In this document: positions 1 to 13,049 of the stretch, one piece after another
How the letters are laid out: each line of letters opens with the position of its first letter
How positions within the stretch are numbered: the first letter of the stretch is position 1
NCBI RefSeq assembly: GCF_001194135.2
Contig: NC_068992.1
Coordinates: forward strand, 60,922,289 to 60,986,288
Origin: Octopus bimaculoides
Lineage: Eukaryota
Length of the DNA: 64,000 nucleotides
Direction: 5' to 3'
Notes under the pieces: generated by a model
What the model saw: the letters and a program-made list of their open reading frames with translations, nothing else
What the model was told of the DNA's origin: nothing
Database searches by the model: none
Made by a program: the position numbers and the translations under genes

Positions 1-42
<42 letters not shown>

Positions 43-191
43 TGTGTGATCGTTCGAATGTTAGTTACCTGTGCAGACAGAGAGACAAACAGGCAGGCAA
101 ACAGTCAGGTTGATAGACGGATAGACAGACACCTAGTGTAAGAGAGAGAGTAACAGACAGACAGATAGACAGACAGACAGACAGACAGACC

Positions 192-262
<71 letters not shown>

Positions 263-312
263 TACATACATACATACATACATACATAATACATACATAA
301 TACATACATAAT
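1..312. repeat. Compound microsatellites (AG)n, (AGAC)n, (AGAT)n, (ACAT)n
   Basis: Directly visible. Representative of dozens of similar arrays across the window (e.g. 9230-9545, 14000-14540, 19770-20055, 23890-24040, 27720-28440). Confidence 0.95.
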
Positions 313-2508
313 ACATCTACAGAATAACCTTGCGCTCTTTCACCTTTAAATAAATTTCTAGAAAGTTCGTGTAACTGGGCTTCTAATGTAAGTGCTTATG
401 TATATGACCTTGTGATGTTAGAAGATATCTACTAAATAGACACAAACAACTTAAAATCCCCAAATCGATCTCACTGTGCGGCAGTCTGGAGCAAGGGATG
501 GTAGAACGATAGTTTGTGTCGATCCAAACTTTGTTAGTGAAATTAGATAGATGGCATAAACTTCTCTACTAATTACACTTTCAGTTAGATGCTTTTCATG
601 CTTAACCATTCTCTTCTTTCTCTTCACCGCTATTCCATAATTCCTGGTTACAAACAAACTTTATAAGTTACTTCCGTCTCTTTTAATCAGCACATACCAA
701 TATTATGTTGTCTATGCAAACCTGTATATATTACTGATGTCCCAGATCAAAATTTATGCCGGCTACAGAAGTCTGCATACATTTCCTATTATCTCTAACC
801 AAGTTTTACATCGTCTGTAGATGCCCACATTGATAAAAAAAAATTATCTACGTTCCTACGATTTGGGGTTTGTTTTCATGTTGATACGTTTCTTATTCTC
901 TAAAGAAATTTAAATACTTTGGGAAAATAACAGCACAGCTTCTCGTTTCTTACATCTAAAATGTGAGGCATTTGTAACAATCAAAACGTGAAGGAAAAGA
1001 TTCTGAATTCACCCGCTTCGCAACGGAAACGTTTTAAGATGTCACGTTTTTCTCTTTTCTTAAATGAAACTGTACTTCGTCAGAGAAAATTTCGTGTTTT
1101 TCTTTACCTAAGCGGCTGAAATATGATCAAGGATAACCATATGGGGTTAGGCATGATTGCTTTCTAGTAAATGTTGTTGCCAAAAATGTGACACAAATCA
1201 ATCCGAAGATCTAGTCTTCGATGATGCCACGGTGCTAATAATAAATACATAATACTATTAAAACAAATATTAATTAAAGCAGAATTAGATCAGAGACAGA
1301 CTGGACAGGAAACATTTATAAATAGTTGGATTAGAGCTGGAATGGTCTCGGTAACTTCATACACCTTATATCTCTCTGTACCGTGTCTCCTCTTTTTGAT
1401 TTGTGATTGCACTTCGGAGAGACTGTCGAAAGAAAAACAAATAAGCCGCTTTAATTTGATGGATTGCTCAAGAAAACTTTCTCCTGAGCCAAACCATTTG
1501 AAGAGGATGCTGTCTGCAAAGAAATCAGATTGGCTGAAATTCCGTGATGTATTATAAAATGTTCTGAACTCTCATTGTGAAATATAATTACGTATAATTT
1601 TCCTGCCAAAAGTCTATTCGAAATTAGCACTCCTTGAATTATTATCTTTATTTTTGTCTTATTTTTTCCAATTTTTTACTTTTTTCCAAACGACAGACAT
1701 ATACATTTATTACAATGATTATTATATAAGATTTTTTTAATCCTCGTCTCCTTTCGTGATTATCCTTTTGTTTGAACGATCGCCATTAAATTTGGAAACT
1801 TCAAAAAATGATTTTCACAGCCCAGTGTTAAGATACGATTTTGACTGCCAAGTTATTCATAATGGCGAGAATGTGATATTAATTCGTTAACGTCTGTAAT
1901 CAATATTTAAATGTGTGAGATGAGTTGACGGTAATAAGATTATGATTTTCCAGACTATTAATCTCGTCTTTGGAGTGTATATTTACACTATTTATATCTA
2001 CAGGATGTTTTAGTAAGTTTGATCTCTGATCGCCATCAAGTGTCTTGGGTGTCTAGTTCCAGTATCCCCTGGGACTATGTACACATCCAGAAATAAGACA
2101 TTTCATGATGATCGAAACGTAGTGTACCGATACACTTTGTAAATATACGTTCTGTAGACGAGGTTAATTGTCCGTAAAGTTTATAAGCTTGTGTACAGCC
2201 AATGTGCTGTCCATGAGCTTTACATTATATAATAAAATATAATAAATCCTTCAATGTAATAGCTCTGTCTTTCAATTCACCTTGAACTTTTTTTAACTGA
2301 ATCGGGGTGTTTGGTTAATTAGATAATCATTCATTTAAATAGAGATAATTTACGACACAACACAAGAATTCAAGATAGCGATAAATTTATAAATGTAAAC
2401 ATATACGTGCGTGTGTGTGTATGTATGTTTGTGGTGTATATATGTATTTCTTTACACACACTTACACACACATACAGATAGGTAAATAGATAGATGTTTA
2501 TATTGTTA

Positions 2509-2557
<49 letters not shown>

Positions 2558-2699
2558 CCTAGATAACTTACATATGTTTCGATCAAAGACTGTGGCCCAA
2601 GTCATGTCTAAATTAATAGCACCACCTGAGAGGGTTTGCTAAATCTTTTTAAAGTCAAGTTTTGTGGTATCATGGCCCAATCGAGTAGAGAGTTCTTGT

Positions 2700-3185
2700 T
2701 GAGTGAGTTTTATTCAGGTTTAGGTAGCTTATCTAGTATCCCTTGAAGAAATGTGTCCAGAGTACGTTTAAAGGTGATGGGATCTTTTTCCTCTTTGATT
2801 TGTTTTGGGACAATGTTAAATAGAAGAGGGCCTGTTGAGGGAAATAATTTATGTTGCAGTGTATTTATGTGTTGTGATCCTGAACTGGGTAGGGGATGTA
2901 TAGCACGTGGTTCTAGCCTTAGATGAATTCTAAAACTAATGTTAAGATTGTTTGGATAATGCTGGTGGCATATTCTCCACATAGTGCAAATGATGTATCG
3001 CTCACGGCGACACTGGAGAGAATAGAGTTTCATTGCTTTATGGCGATCCTAATAATCGAGATCAGTTATGCCCTTAATTCTTTTAGTGAATGCCGTCTGG
3101 GGTGATTCGTTTCTCGAAATGTTTTGGTTTTTTGTGTGTGGGGAGACCACAGTGGACAGCAGTATTCTAGGTGTGGCCCTTCTTT
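2700..3185 (-). mobile_element. CR1-clade LINE ORF2 3' fragment (degenerate)
   Basis: Translations RPHLEYCCPLWSP, KLYSLQCRRERY and GPLLFNIVPKQI..FKRTLDTFL match the characteristic CR1 ORF2 C-terminus. Stops and frameshifts are present. Confidence 0.8.
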
Positions 3186-3269
3186 TATTCTTTTATATGT
3201 TTCAACCTTGAGACTCACATCCGAAAAGCTATTATTTAGCATTTAAAATTGACGGTAATAATTATCAGA

Positions 3270-3340
3270 GGCCGTTTAGCTTAATGGTCAGAGCATTCAA
3301 CCAGTCTCAGAGGTGTACGGTTCGACTCCTCGCAGCGAAC
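3270..3340 (+). pseudogene. Degenerate tRNA-like sequence (tRNA pseudogene or isolated SINE head)
   Basis: A box TAGCTTAATGG and B box GGTTCGACTCC at tRNA spacing, with a T-run ~15 nt downstream. The acceptor and anticodon stems pair poorly. Confidence 0.55.
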
Positions 3341-3571
3341 TCTCGCAACGCTCTTTTTTTTTACCATCTTTTAAGTGTAAATACCCAATCTTTCTCTGTT
3401 GTTTTCACACGAAAACCTTGGGTAAGCTAGCAACAAAATAAGCGGATAAATTTAACATGCCATGAGAAAATGACAAACAAGTCTGCACAAACAAAAAAAA
3501 GTAGGAATTGTAAAAAATAAAAACATTAGAATAAGATTGAACACACACTCACATGTACATACATAAGTGAC

Positions 3572-3750
3572 ACATGGCTCTGTGGTTAGAGCATCGGGCT
3601 CACAACTATTTCACGTTGCTCCAGTTCATTCAGCTGTAGAAATAAGTTGCAAAGTCACTTCCACAAACAACCTTACCCGGACTTGTGCCCCAGAGGGGAA
3701 CTTTCTAGATGCAATCCTATAGTTCTTCATGATCGAAGGGGTCTTTACAC
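3572..3750 (+). mobile_element. tRNA-derived SINE copy (family D)
   Basis: Head TGGCTCTGTGGTTAGAGCATCGGGCTCAC (A-box-like) followed by a SINE-like body CTCCAGTTCATTCAGCTG. Confidence 0.5.
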
Positions 3751-3779
3751 GTTTTACCCATATGTGTGTGTGCGTGTGA

Positions 3780-3827
<48 letters not shown>

Positions 3828-4199
3828 NNNNNNNNNNNNNNNNNNNNNNNNNNNNNNNNNNNNNNNNNNNNNNNNNNNNNNNNNNNNNNNNNNNNNNNNN
3901 NNNNNNNNNNNNNNNNNNNNNNNNNNNNNNNNNNNNNNNNNNNNNNNNNNNNNNNNNNNNNNNNNNNNNNNNNNNNNNNNNNNNNNNNNNNNNNNNNNNN
4001 NNNNNNNNNNNNNNNNNNNNNNNNNNNNNNNNNNNNNNNNNNNNNATATATTGCATGTGTGTGGATGAATATTCTCTCTTTCCTCTTAATGCTAACTAAC
4101 ACCTTACCTTTAATCACATCTTAAACCCGACTGACCTCAGATACAACAAAAACTATAGGATGACAATCAACATTTTTTTTTCTTTTTTTTTTTCTTTCT

Positions 4200-4700
4200 G
4201 GACGACTTCAAATAATGCGCTGCAGGGAGCGCGTGGATTTACTAAAGAAATTATAAGATTCAGATTAGAAAAATGCACCAAGACTACTTTGATGTTAGTA
4301 AAAAGTAATTAAGAAACCTAACATCATACTACATAAAGAAACGAAGTACGAGAATTACAACAAACGCAAGCACTTACAAATACTAGACAGGGCTCAACAC
4401 ACATATGATTAAAAAAAATGTTGAGAAAGAATATTATAGACGCTAGATGGTAGGGTAATTTTGCAACTAGAAAAACTATTATAAAATATCTACAGTGGGA
4501 TTACGGAATATATAATAGAATGAAAAAACTAATGCGGATATCAATAAAACAAGAGCGAAATAAAGGAAAAAGCTGTTTTCTGTCTCTAAGGAAACTAACA
4601 ACTACAAATGGTCGCTGAAATGATAAACGGTTGTAGGGAAGAAAGAAAACGATAGAAACTGCGAAAAATCTATAAACTAAGCGAAAATTGGGGCTACAAG
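4200..4700 (+). mobile_element. Highly decayed LINE (RTE-like endonuclease-RT linker) fragment
   Basis: Lys/Arg/Glu-rich broken translations resemble the W..IK / EKR..R / DKE.Y linker motifs. Support is weak. Confidence 0.3.
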
Positions 4701-4944
4701 ATGTTATACTAATTCGATAGCAAGAACATTTCCGACGTGGTTAATACCTTAAAATGTGAGCAAGTATGAAATAGATAAAAAAAAAAAAAGAAACAGAAAC
4801 CGACAGCACTGACTGAGCACATGGTTCAGAATTGAAACGAAACGATTCATAATTGAGGTATAGGATTAAATCTTTCCACTAGAAACCACTAAAAGCAAGT
4901 AATGAAGGCAAATTCAGCAACTGCAGAATATATATTCTCTCTTA

Positions 4945-5430
4945 TCTTTCATTATTTTTTTTACTTGTTTCGGCCATTGGACTGCGGCCATGCTGGGGCA
5001 CTGTCTTAAAGGGTTGCTTAATCGAGTCCAGCATTTGTTTAAGTCTGGTACCTATTCTATTGATCTCTTCTTTTTTTTGCAAGAGGACGTAAGCAAACCA
5101 ACACCGGTTGTCAAAGGATGGTGGGAGACAAACACAGACACAAATACATAAGCACACCACAAATACACACACACACACGCGCACCACAAAAACACGCCCC
5201 CTTTTATATATACAAACATATATACACATACATACACACACACACACACATACACACACACACATACACACATTACATTTCCGTCAACCAAATCCACAAT
5301 CCACTCACAAGGCTTTGGTTGACCCAGGGCTATAGCAAAAGACACTTGCTCAAAGTGCCACGCAGTTGAGCTAAACCCTGAGCCATGTGGTTGAAAAACA
5401 AGTTTCTTGCCATACAGTCACGCCTGTGCC
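4945..5430 (-). mobile_element. Composite SINE (tRNA head, microsatellite linker, conserved tail; family A/B)
   Basis: Reverse complements of the tail GCATGGCCGCAGTC..GAAACAAGTAAAA and the head CAACCACATGG..CTGCGTGGCAC flank a (CA)n/(TA)n linker. Confidence 0.75.
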
Positions 5431-5700
5431 AATATGTGGAGGTTCAGAAGAAAAATCAACCACATTATCTCTGGCTACTGCCTGGGTCTTGGCCATGACA
5501 GATTTGGGGCTCAATATTCTAGAAGTTATACCAGCATTATGAAACACCAACGGAAAATAGATTTTTTTAAACGTGTCAAAAGAGGTTTGTGAGAATAACA
5601 AAGCGACCTGACTCTGGGATTTGACAGTCCACACAGACAAGAGAATGAAGGATAATCACCCGGATATTGTTGTGAGGACCACCAGGAAAGGTAATATATC
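5425..5700 (+). mobile_element. R4/Dong-like non-LTR retrotransposon fragment (zinc knuckle and REL endonuclease region)
   Basis: C..CGGSEE-INHIISG (CCHC knuckle) followed by LWDLTVHTDKRMKDNHPDIVV, matching the LWDF.IQTD....NRPDIVV motif of RLE-type elements. Frameshifted. Confidence 0.7.
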
Positions 5701-5945
5701 TTATAATCGAAATAGTATTCCGAACAGATTATGATAAATTTTGAACGGAAATAGAGAAATTATCCAAAATTACTGACCTGAAAATAACGGTCATCAGATA
5801 GGGGTAACTGAGAAAAAAGTAAATGCCGACAAAAAATGTCTTGCAAATGAATTTTATTAGAAATGCAAACAAATGCTTAGCCAACACACTAAAATTTATA
5901 AATAAGCACATTATACAAAAAATAACACTATCAGATACTGTGGAA

Positions 5946-5981
<36 letters not shown>

Positions 5982-6377
5982 GTGCTATTCACCTGCTACC
6001 ACTGAAGTGGCTATGTTGAAAAACGATCAACGCTTGCCATAAAGAGACACAGTTAAAAGAAACAATATTAAATTCGAGATTTTCTTTCTTGCTAAGAATC
6101 AAATGAGGATTAAACAAATCCAAAAACCTTTTATCATTACTCTAAGTTGAAAGAGGACAAATAAAAAAACATTTTTCTCATCGGGTATTCCAAATAAATT
6201 TCTTTTCTTAAGGGGACTTTTGAAAAAGACGTCTGTTCACCATAGCTATCAAATATTATAGTAATCCTTTCTAATATAGACACAAGGCATGAAATTTTGA
6301 GGGAGGAATAAGTCGATTGCATCGTCCCCAGCGTTGTACTGGTACATATTTCATCGACTCCAAAAAAGATGAAAGCC

Positions 6378-6411
<34 letters not shown>

Positions 6412-6460
6412 GCACACACATATATATAAATACGTATGCATATATGTATGCATGTATATA

Positions 6461-6760
6461 TTTCCTGGAAGATCCGATGATGGGTGGACACTTCCTGAAA
6501 GTCCTTCTTCCCCTTCCTCCTTCTCAACTCCCCTCCATGTAATTTCCCAGGAAGTCTCCACCCCACCCGCTCCTCGGACTTTTCCAGGAAATAATTCCTC
6601 CCCTTCCTCCTCTCTTTGGTCTTTTTCAGGAAGTGCCCGCCCCTCTTTTCCAGGAAGTCCTTTCTCTCTGTCCTCCGTTCCTCACCTTCAACTCCCCTCC
6701 TTGGATTTTTCCAGGAAGTGACCCCTCCTCGGACTCTTCCAGGAAGTCCTTCCTCCCCTT
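6461..6760. repeat. Degenerate pyrimidine-rich repeat with recurring TTCCAGGAAGT
   Basis: TTCC(A/T)GGAA at 6462, 6582, 6648, 6709 and 6737. Internal duplications CAACTCCCCTCC and CTCCTCGGACT are also present. Confidence 0.75.
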
Positions 6761-7611
6761 CCTCATTATGATTTATCGAGGGTCAAAGTTGGCAACAAAA
6801 ACAGGACAGTGGAGACATACAAGGAAACCGAACGAAAACAAACATGGAGGGTCGTTAGACCATATATATATATTTATATATATATATATTTATCAGTCAA
6901 TCGTTTGGCGAACAAATATACATACGTATAACAGATTAGGCCTTACCTCCAATTTTGGTCAATATTTAAAGTATTCCATCCGCTGACTATAATAGAATAT
7001 AATGACAAACATAGATTTCTAACAAAGCCCAAGATTCTACATTGGACCTAGTTCTTGACTGGCACTTCCTGCAGGTCTTTTATTTGGCCCATGATAGCAC
7101 AGTACTGAATGGACCTATACACATTGCAACTTAAAACGCAGCGAAATACCACGTTTTGCCTGTCAATCTAACAACCCTGTCAGTATATCACCCTTTGTGA
7201 GACGTAAGATAATGTGCTTTGCAATACAATGAAAAGGAAAAATAATTTCAGTTATTTAAAACCGCTTGAAATTAGAAACGTAGTTTGTTCCATTGTCTTA
7301 ACTCAAATCTCTTCTCGTTCGGTTTAGCGCCTGAAGTGTACTGTAATTGAAACAAGTATTAATAGTGTAATATTTCTGAATTTCTCTAGAAAAGAAAACT
7401 AGAAACAAAAGTGAGCATAACATATCCTATATTTGATTATTCTAGCTTTTACATAATAGTGAATTCTAAAACATTGTGATAAAGCAACAAAGCAACCTGA
7501 AAACTTTATTTTAAAATTGTCCATTTTTCCGATCCAATGAAACTGTATATCTTTCAGTTCTTATTATTTCTTCACCCTAACATGATTGATATCGATATCA
7601 ATTTCTCGATT

Positions 7612-7998
7612 AGGGTGGTGAGCGAACAGAATTGTTAGAGCGCCGGAAAAAAATACCTTGCGATGTTTCTTCCAGCTCTTTACGTCTTGAGTTCCATAGA
7701 ACAGTACCAGCTGAGTGCTTGACGCGATGTGGTCGACTTCCCCTCAAAGTACTCTGCCTAAGAACTTAGATTTGATAGAATATCAATCTCTCGATTAGGA
7801 TGATGAGCTGGCAGAATCGTTAGGGGGTGGGGAATTCTTGCGGTTATTTACGTTTTGACTTCAAATTTCGCCTAGACTAACTTTGTCTCTCGTCTTTCCG
7901 GGGTCGGCAAAATAAAATACCAGTTACATACTGAGGTCGAGAGTATTGACTAACTGCATTCCCTCAAAATTGCTAACCTTATGCTTAAATTAGAAACA
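7612..7998 (+). mobile_element. Two tandem family C SINE copies
   Basis: Both begin with variants of GAGCTGGCAGAATCGTTAG and carry the GGGGTCGAT..AAGTACCAG core. Confidence 0.65.
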
Positions 7999-8299
7999 AT
8001 ATCGCTCTCTTAATACCTGCAACAACAGCATAATTGCTTGTTCAACAACAAATTTTATAATATTTTCCCAGCGTATTACCTAATAGGGATAGTATAGCGT
8101 CTGTGGCTCTTTTCGGGGACTTGAAGACTGATGAATGAAAAGAAGGGCGGAAGTTATCCTCAAACCGGAGTCGTAGACCGAATTCTTACAATCGGAGATC
8201 ACTTCACTAAAGCCATTCAAGGTCAAACAGCAGTATTAAACAAGGCGGTAAATCAAGTGTGCCACCTGAAAACTGAAGTGATTCCTGTGACGGGCGTCC

Positions 8300-8830
8300 A
8301 TTGAATTTCCGTCTACTAAATTTCCTTCATATGATATTGGTTAGCTCGAAGCTGTTGGAGACGACATCTGTCCAGCGTACTGTGTAGTGAGATTAAAATC
8401 AAAACCATTTCGCTTTTAATCACACAGCCATAATCGTACCCAGATTATAGTTATCTGGACTATTAGGCTCCGGCGTGGCTGTGTAGTTAAGAAGTGTGCA
8501 ACCACGTGGTTTCCATTTCAGTCCCACTGTGTGTCATCTTGCTTAAGACTGGCCAAAGGTCTTGTGAGTGAAACTTGTAGACGGGAACTGTTCAGTAGCC
8601 CGTTGTATATGTGTATGTGTATTTCTGTTTTACGTATCTAACACCATGTCTGTCTTTATGTCGACGGCGTTTGAAGAACGCTGCTCCGTTTTTAATTCCC
8701 TAAATTAGCAATTCGTAAATGGAGAACGATAAGTAACAAAGTTAGAAAAAAGTAAAGGATTTGATGCGGTCGGCTAAAATGCCTCAGAGAAGTGCTCCAG
8801 CATGACTACATTCCAATGTAAGAGTTGTTG
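8300..8830. mobile_element. Family A/B SINE copies in opposite orientation (- 8300-8420; + 8470-8830)
   Basis: GGCGTGGCTGTGTAGTTAAGAAG..CAGTCCCACTG head, GTAGACGG(A/G)AACTG body and CTCCAGCATG tail. Confidence 0.65.
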
Positions 8831-8849
8831 AAAGAATCATTCTGTATCA

Positions 8850-9200
8850 CTCTGGCACCGATAATGTACTTCAGAATTTGACACGAAATCAAAAACGCGA
8901 GCGCAAATGTTTCTATGAAATGTCTCCAGTTTGCGGAAGTCCTGGTCTGTAGCAGTTAAGATGGCACGAGGTACTAAAATTGATCGATCTCTTCCGGGGA
9001 AATCTTTTCAGTGGTCCAGATGCCGTCGAATACAATCGTTACCTCAGCTTCGCTTAACTTCATGCCAATATAAGACGCGAACACACTGAAGCATCCAAAC
9101 AGCTGACTGGACATCCACACAGTTGTTGACAGTTATAGCCAGATCATCTGCATAACTGAAACCTTGATGTTGAAATCTCGGCTTACCAGTAACACGCATA
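8850..9200 (-). mobile_element. LINE reverse-transcriptase fragment with YADD motif (RTE-like)
   Basis: FSYADDLAI (YADD at 9143-9154), then GMKLS.AE and EEIDQF*YL resembling RT domains 5-7. Confidence 0.7.
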
Positions 9201-9227
9201 AACTTACATATATATGCATATATAAGC

Positions 9228-9331
<104 letters not shown>

Positions 9332-9332
9332 T

Positions 9333-9364
<32 letters not shown>

Positions 9365-9444
9365 CATGCATACATACATACATACATACATATATACATT
9401 CATACATACATACATACATACATGCAGATAAATAGATAGATAGA

Positions 9445-9480
<36 letters not shown>

Positions 9481-9959
9481 CATATATACACACATATATA
9501 TATGTATATACCTATATATATACATATATATATACATGTATATANNNNNNNNNNNNNNNNNNNNNNNNNNNNNNNNNNNNNNNNNNNNNNNNNNNNNNNN
9601 NNNNNNNNNNNNNNNNNNNNNNNNNNNNNNNNNNNNNNNNNNNNNNNNNNNNNNNNNNNNNNNNNNNNNNNNNNNNNNNNNNNNNNNNNNNNNNNNNNNN
9701 NNNNNNNNNNNNNNNNNNNNNNNNNNNNNNNNNNNNNNNNNNNNNNNNNNNNNNNNNNNNNNNNTATACATATATATATACATGCATATATAAATATATT
9801 CATACATATATACATATATACATACATGCATGCATACATACATACATACATACATACATACATACATACATACATACATACATGTATATAAAGTACATTA
9901 AAGTGACTACAAGAAACATCTAGAAACAATTGAACTCAACGCTTTTGTACTTTTAACAT

Positions 9960-10220
9960 AAGTGTGTGTCCGAGTAAAGATATGTCATCCTGTGTACTTC
10001 TGTGCATGAATATAAGCGGTTACGTATGCCCATGTGTGCATGCGTGTATTTGTGAGGAAAGAGGCGCTTATCAACGTAGAAAGAGAACGCTAAAGTGTAT
10101 TTGGTAATCTTCTCAGCTGTACAATAACTTTTTTTTTTTTGCTCTCCAATCAGACATCTATATAGATCTTTGCTTCGAATCCTCATCAGTTTCACTGCCG
10201 TAATCCTACGTTTTGGTAAA
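9960..10220 (-). mobile_element. Tx1/L1-like LINE C-terminal fragment
   Basis: KDLYRCLI...TLAF...KRLFPHK...G......C..V....TY..H.C resembles the L1/Tx1 C-terminal zinc-binding region. Confidence 0.4.
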
Positions 10221-11183
10221 ATGATTCTATTGACTGAACGGAGGATTAACTCTAAAAATGAACTCATTTGATTAATTACTGACGTCAATACAATAAACAT
10301 TGAAGTAGACAGGGAGAAACATTGTTATAGTAAGGACATATACGTATATACATACATGTGTGTGTGTGTGTGTGTACATAAATAAATAAATAAATATACA
10401 TATACTGATACATATAAGTATATAAATGTATATATGTGTATTATGTATATTTATGTATATGTGTATGTTTCATGCGTTAAATAATGTTTAATACGTTTAT
10501 ACATATATGTGTGTATGTTCGTATGTGTATTTGTATGTATATATGTATGTATGTATTAAACAATATTTTATGAGTAATACACTGTAAATCAGAAAAACTC
10601 ATATAAACTTAAATATTAGTCTTACCATATGAATTTGTGAATTCATATACATTTGTGTGTGTATACATACATACATACAATTATTAACATCAAACCACTA
10701 CTAGGAACTCTCACATTCATGATAAGGTCTGCGCTTAATTTGTGTTCTAAGATGTCGACTTTTACTCAAACGATGTTAAAGCGTGAGGATTGGCTCACGT
10801 GTCATAATACGGCATCAACTGTATTTACATAGAATTGTTTTCTCACTTGCTTGACACACTACAATGTGTTTTCATTTAGCACTATTTAATAATTCAACAG
10901 AAAGGTTAATGCATTATTCATGAAGCTGAAACATTGATAAACTACATTTTTGCATATTTCGTATGATCAGTAAATATAAAACTGCATAGAGAAAGTGGAA
11001 GACTTTTGGCTCAGTCCGATACCAAAGATGCCTATGGGCTCTTCTGAATATACAAGCTGAAATACAAACGTGTGTATGTGTGCACGTGTGCGTGCGTATG
11101 TGTGAGCGTATGCATATATAAGTCTGTGTGTATTTTAAGATATATATGTGTGTGTGCGTGTGTGTGTGTGTGTGTGTATGTGT

Positions 11184-11579
11184 GAATAAAATCAAAATAA
11201 GCAACAGGATATCAAGTAGTAATGCAGTACGACCGTTTCAAGCGACTCCATTTAATTGAACAATTCAATCATTACATCAATTTAAATTCAATGTCATCTT
11301 CAGCTGCTCAAATAAATAAATAGAATTTTAACCAGTACTATTCTTAGCTACAATAGCGGCAGCATAAATTTCTTCCATCTACTTGCTCTGTTAAAATATT
11401 TGAGAAAAATTATATTAATGTGTCCTACTGGTTAAAATTCTATTTATTTGTTTGTGCAGCTGAAGATGACACTGAATTTATATTGATGTAATGATTGCAT
11501 TGTTCAATTAAATGGAGCTGTTTGAAACGGTCGTACTGCATCACTACTTGATATCCTGTTGCTTATTTTGATTTTATTC
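11184..11579. mobile_element. Fold-back palindrome / MITE-like element, ~154 bp arms and 88 bp spacer
   Basis: Arm 11184-11337 is the near-perfect reverse complement of 11426-11579 (GAATAAAATCAAAATAAGCAACAGGATATCAAGTAG... / ...CTACTTGATATCCTGTTGCTTATTTTGATTTTATTC). Confidence 0.85.
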
Positions 11580-12117
11580 GCCTTACTTCAAGCTGTGCGG
11601 ATAATATCGGACTTCAACTTAAGTACCTAATTTAACTGAATCTCAATTATTGGGAAGTATTTGTGCATAAAGTGTCATTTAGCGCGATCGAATCTTGAAT
11701 CACTCAGGTAACTGTGAAGTGAACGTCATTGTGCAGCAATGCCTCCGAGCAAACTTTATTGTGCGACGCGTGCCTGCATTCATTTACATATAAAAATCAA
11801 TAGTGATTGGATACCAACTGTCTAACTTTCAGCTATTATTTTCATATCGTATTAGCAATGATACGACACGATCTCAGCTTATAGTTTGATATCGTATCAG
11901 CTAAGCTCGTTGCAATTCCTCAAGTCTAAATTATCGTTTTTAATTACTGTATCCTCTAATTTACTTCAAAGAACTCTTTCCTGTATCCAACTAAATAATT
12001 TTCGACCACATACAATAAAACCTTTTGGTCATTAACAAGACTCATTGCAATTCTCACTAAATTTGTATCATAACTGTTAATATAAACGTCTTTGTAGGTT
12101 GATGAAGGTCAAAATGA

Positions 12118-12156
<39 letters not shown>

Positions 12157-12646
12157 CATATAAGAAAATGGACTTCAAAAGAAATGAAATCATGTTCCAA
12201 CAAAATGCTCATATCATTTGCAACTCTATTATTGCTTAGAGCCCATATTTAATTATTATTATCATTTAACATGTGAAGGTGGTGCAGTGCCGTTAGTCTT
12301 TTATACTTGCTATAATATAAAGATAACAACCGAGCGAAGTATAATGCAGTTAATATTCAGATTTAGTTTTTTTAATGTCAATGGTTGAGAGTTCAAGTGA
12401 GCTACAGGATTCACTGACATACTCTTTGCAGAGTTTGGAGCAGTCGCTGGACTTTCTGAGTGGCAACCAACGGAAAATTGATTTGAATTATCTTAGTAGT
12501 GCTGCCCACCAGATCTTATGCGGCCTGCTTCTCGAAAAAGATTGTTCGTGCCTGGTCTACAGAGTTAGTACACAGTACAAGTAAATATAGGCGAAATATG
12601 TAAAACAAGATCTTGTGTCCTGGGAGGGTCATAACGCCAATGATAA

Positions 12647-12985
12647 TAACACACGCACGGGCTCAATATTACCTCTTTATTGCTAGTTAGTTAGTTAATT
12701 ACCTGACCAACTAACTAATCGATCTTTGTTTAATATACTGGTTAAATAATCAATCGGTTGTTTGTTAGTCAAAGTCTTTTTCGACGTTAATCGTCCTTTT
12801 CGTTGACCTGGCCTCTCTCTTCAAGGTCTGCTTAAGATCTGCGAATAACGACGAAAGGACTTTGACTCACAAACAACCGACTGACTGTTTAACCAGCATA
12901 TTAAACAAACAATCGATTAGTTAGTTGGTCAGATATTTAACCAATTGACTAATAGAGAAATGATATTGAACCAGTGCGTGTTTAT
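12647..12985. mobile_element. Fold-back palindrome / MITE-like element, ~145 bp arms and ~48 bp spacer
   Basis: CTGACCAACTAACTAATCGAT..GTCAAAGTC (left) pairs with GACTTTGAC..ATCGATTAGTTAGTTGGTCAG (right). The ends are ACACGCAC / GTGCGTGT. Confidence 0.85.
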
Positions 12986-13049
12986 GATTGACCGTTGACT
13001 GAACACTATTCAATTTTTTTTCTCCGTGTTTTTCTCCTTGTCTCCGTAT

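Noticed and set aside
2101-2125. CATGATGATCGAAACGTA as a fourth hammerhead
   Set aside because: It has no stem II and no stem I complementarity.
3270-3340. Functional tRNA gene
   Set aside because: The A and B boxes are present but the acceptor and anticodon stems do not pair, so it was kept only as a pseudogene or SINE head.
6317-6721. 134 aa Pro/Ser-rich ORF
   Set aside because: It is a low-complexity by-product of a microsatellite plus the C/T-rich repeat, with no domain or splice support.
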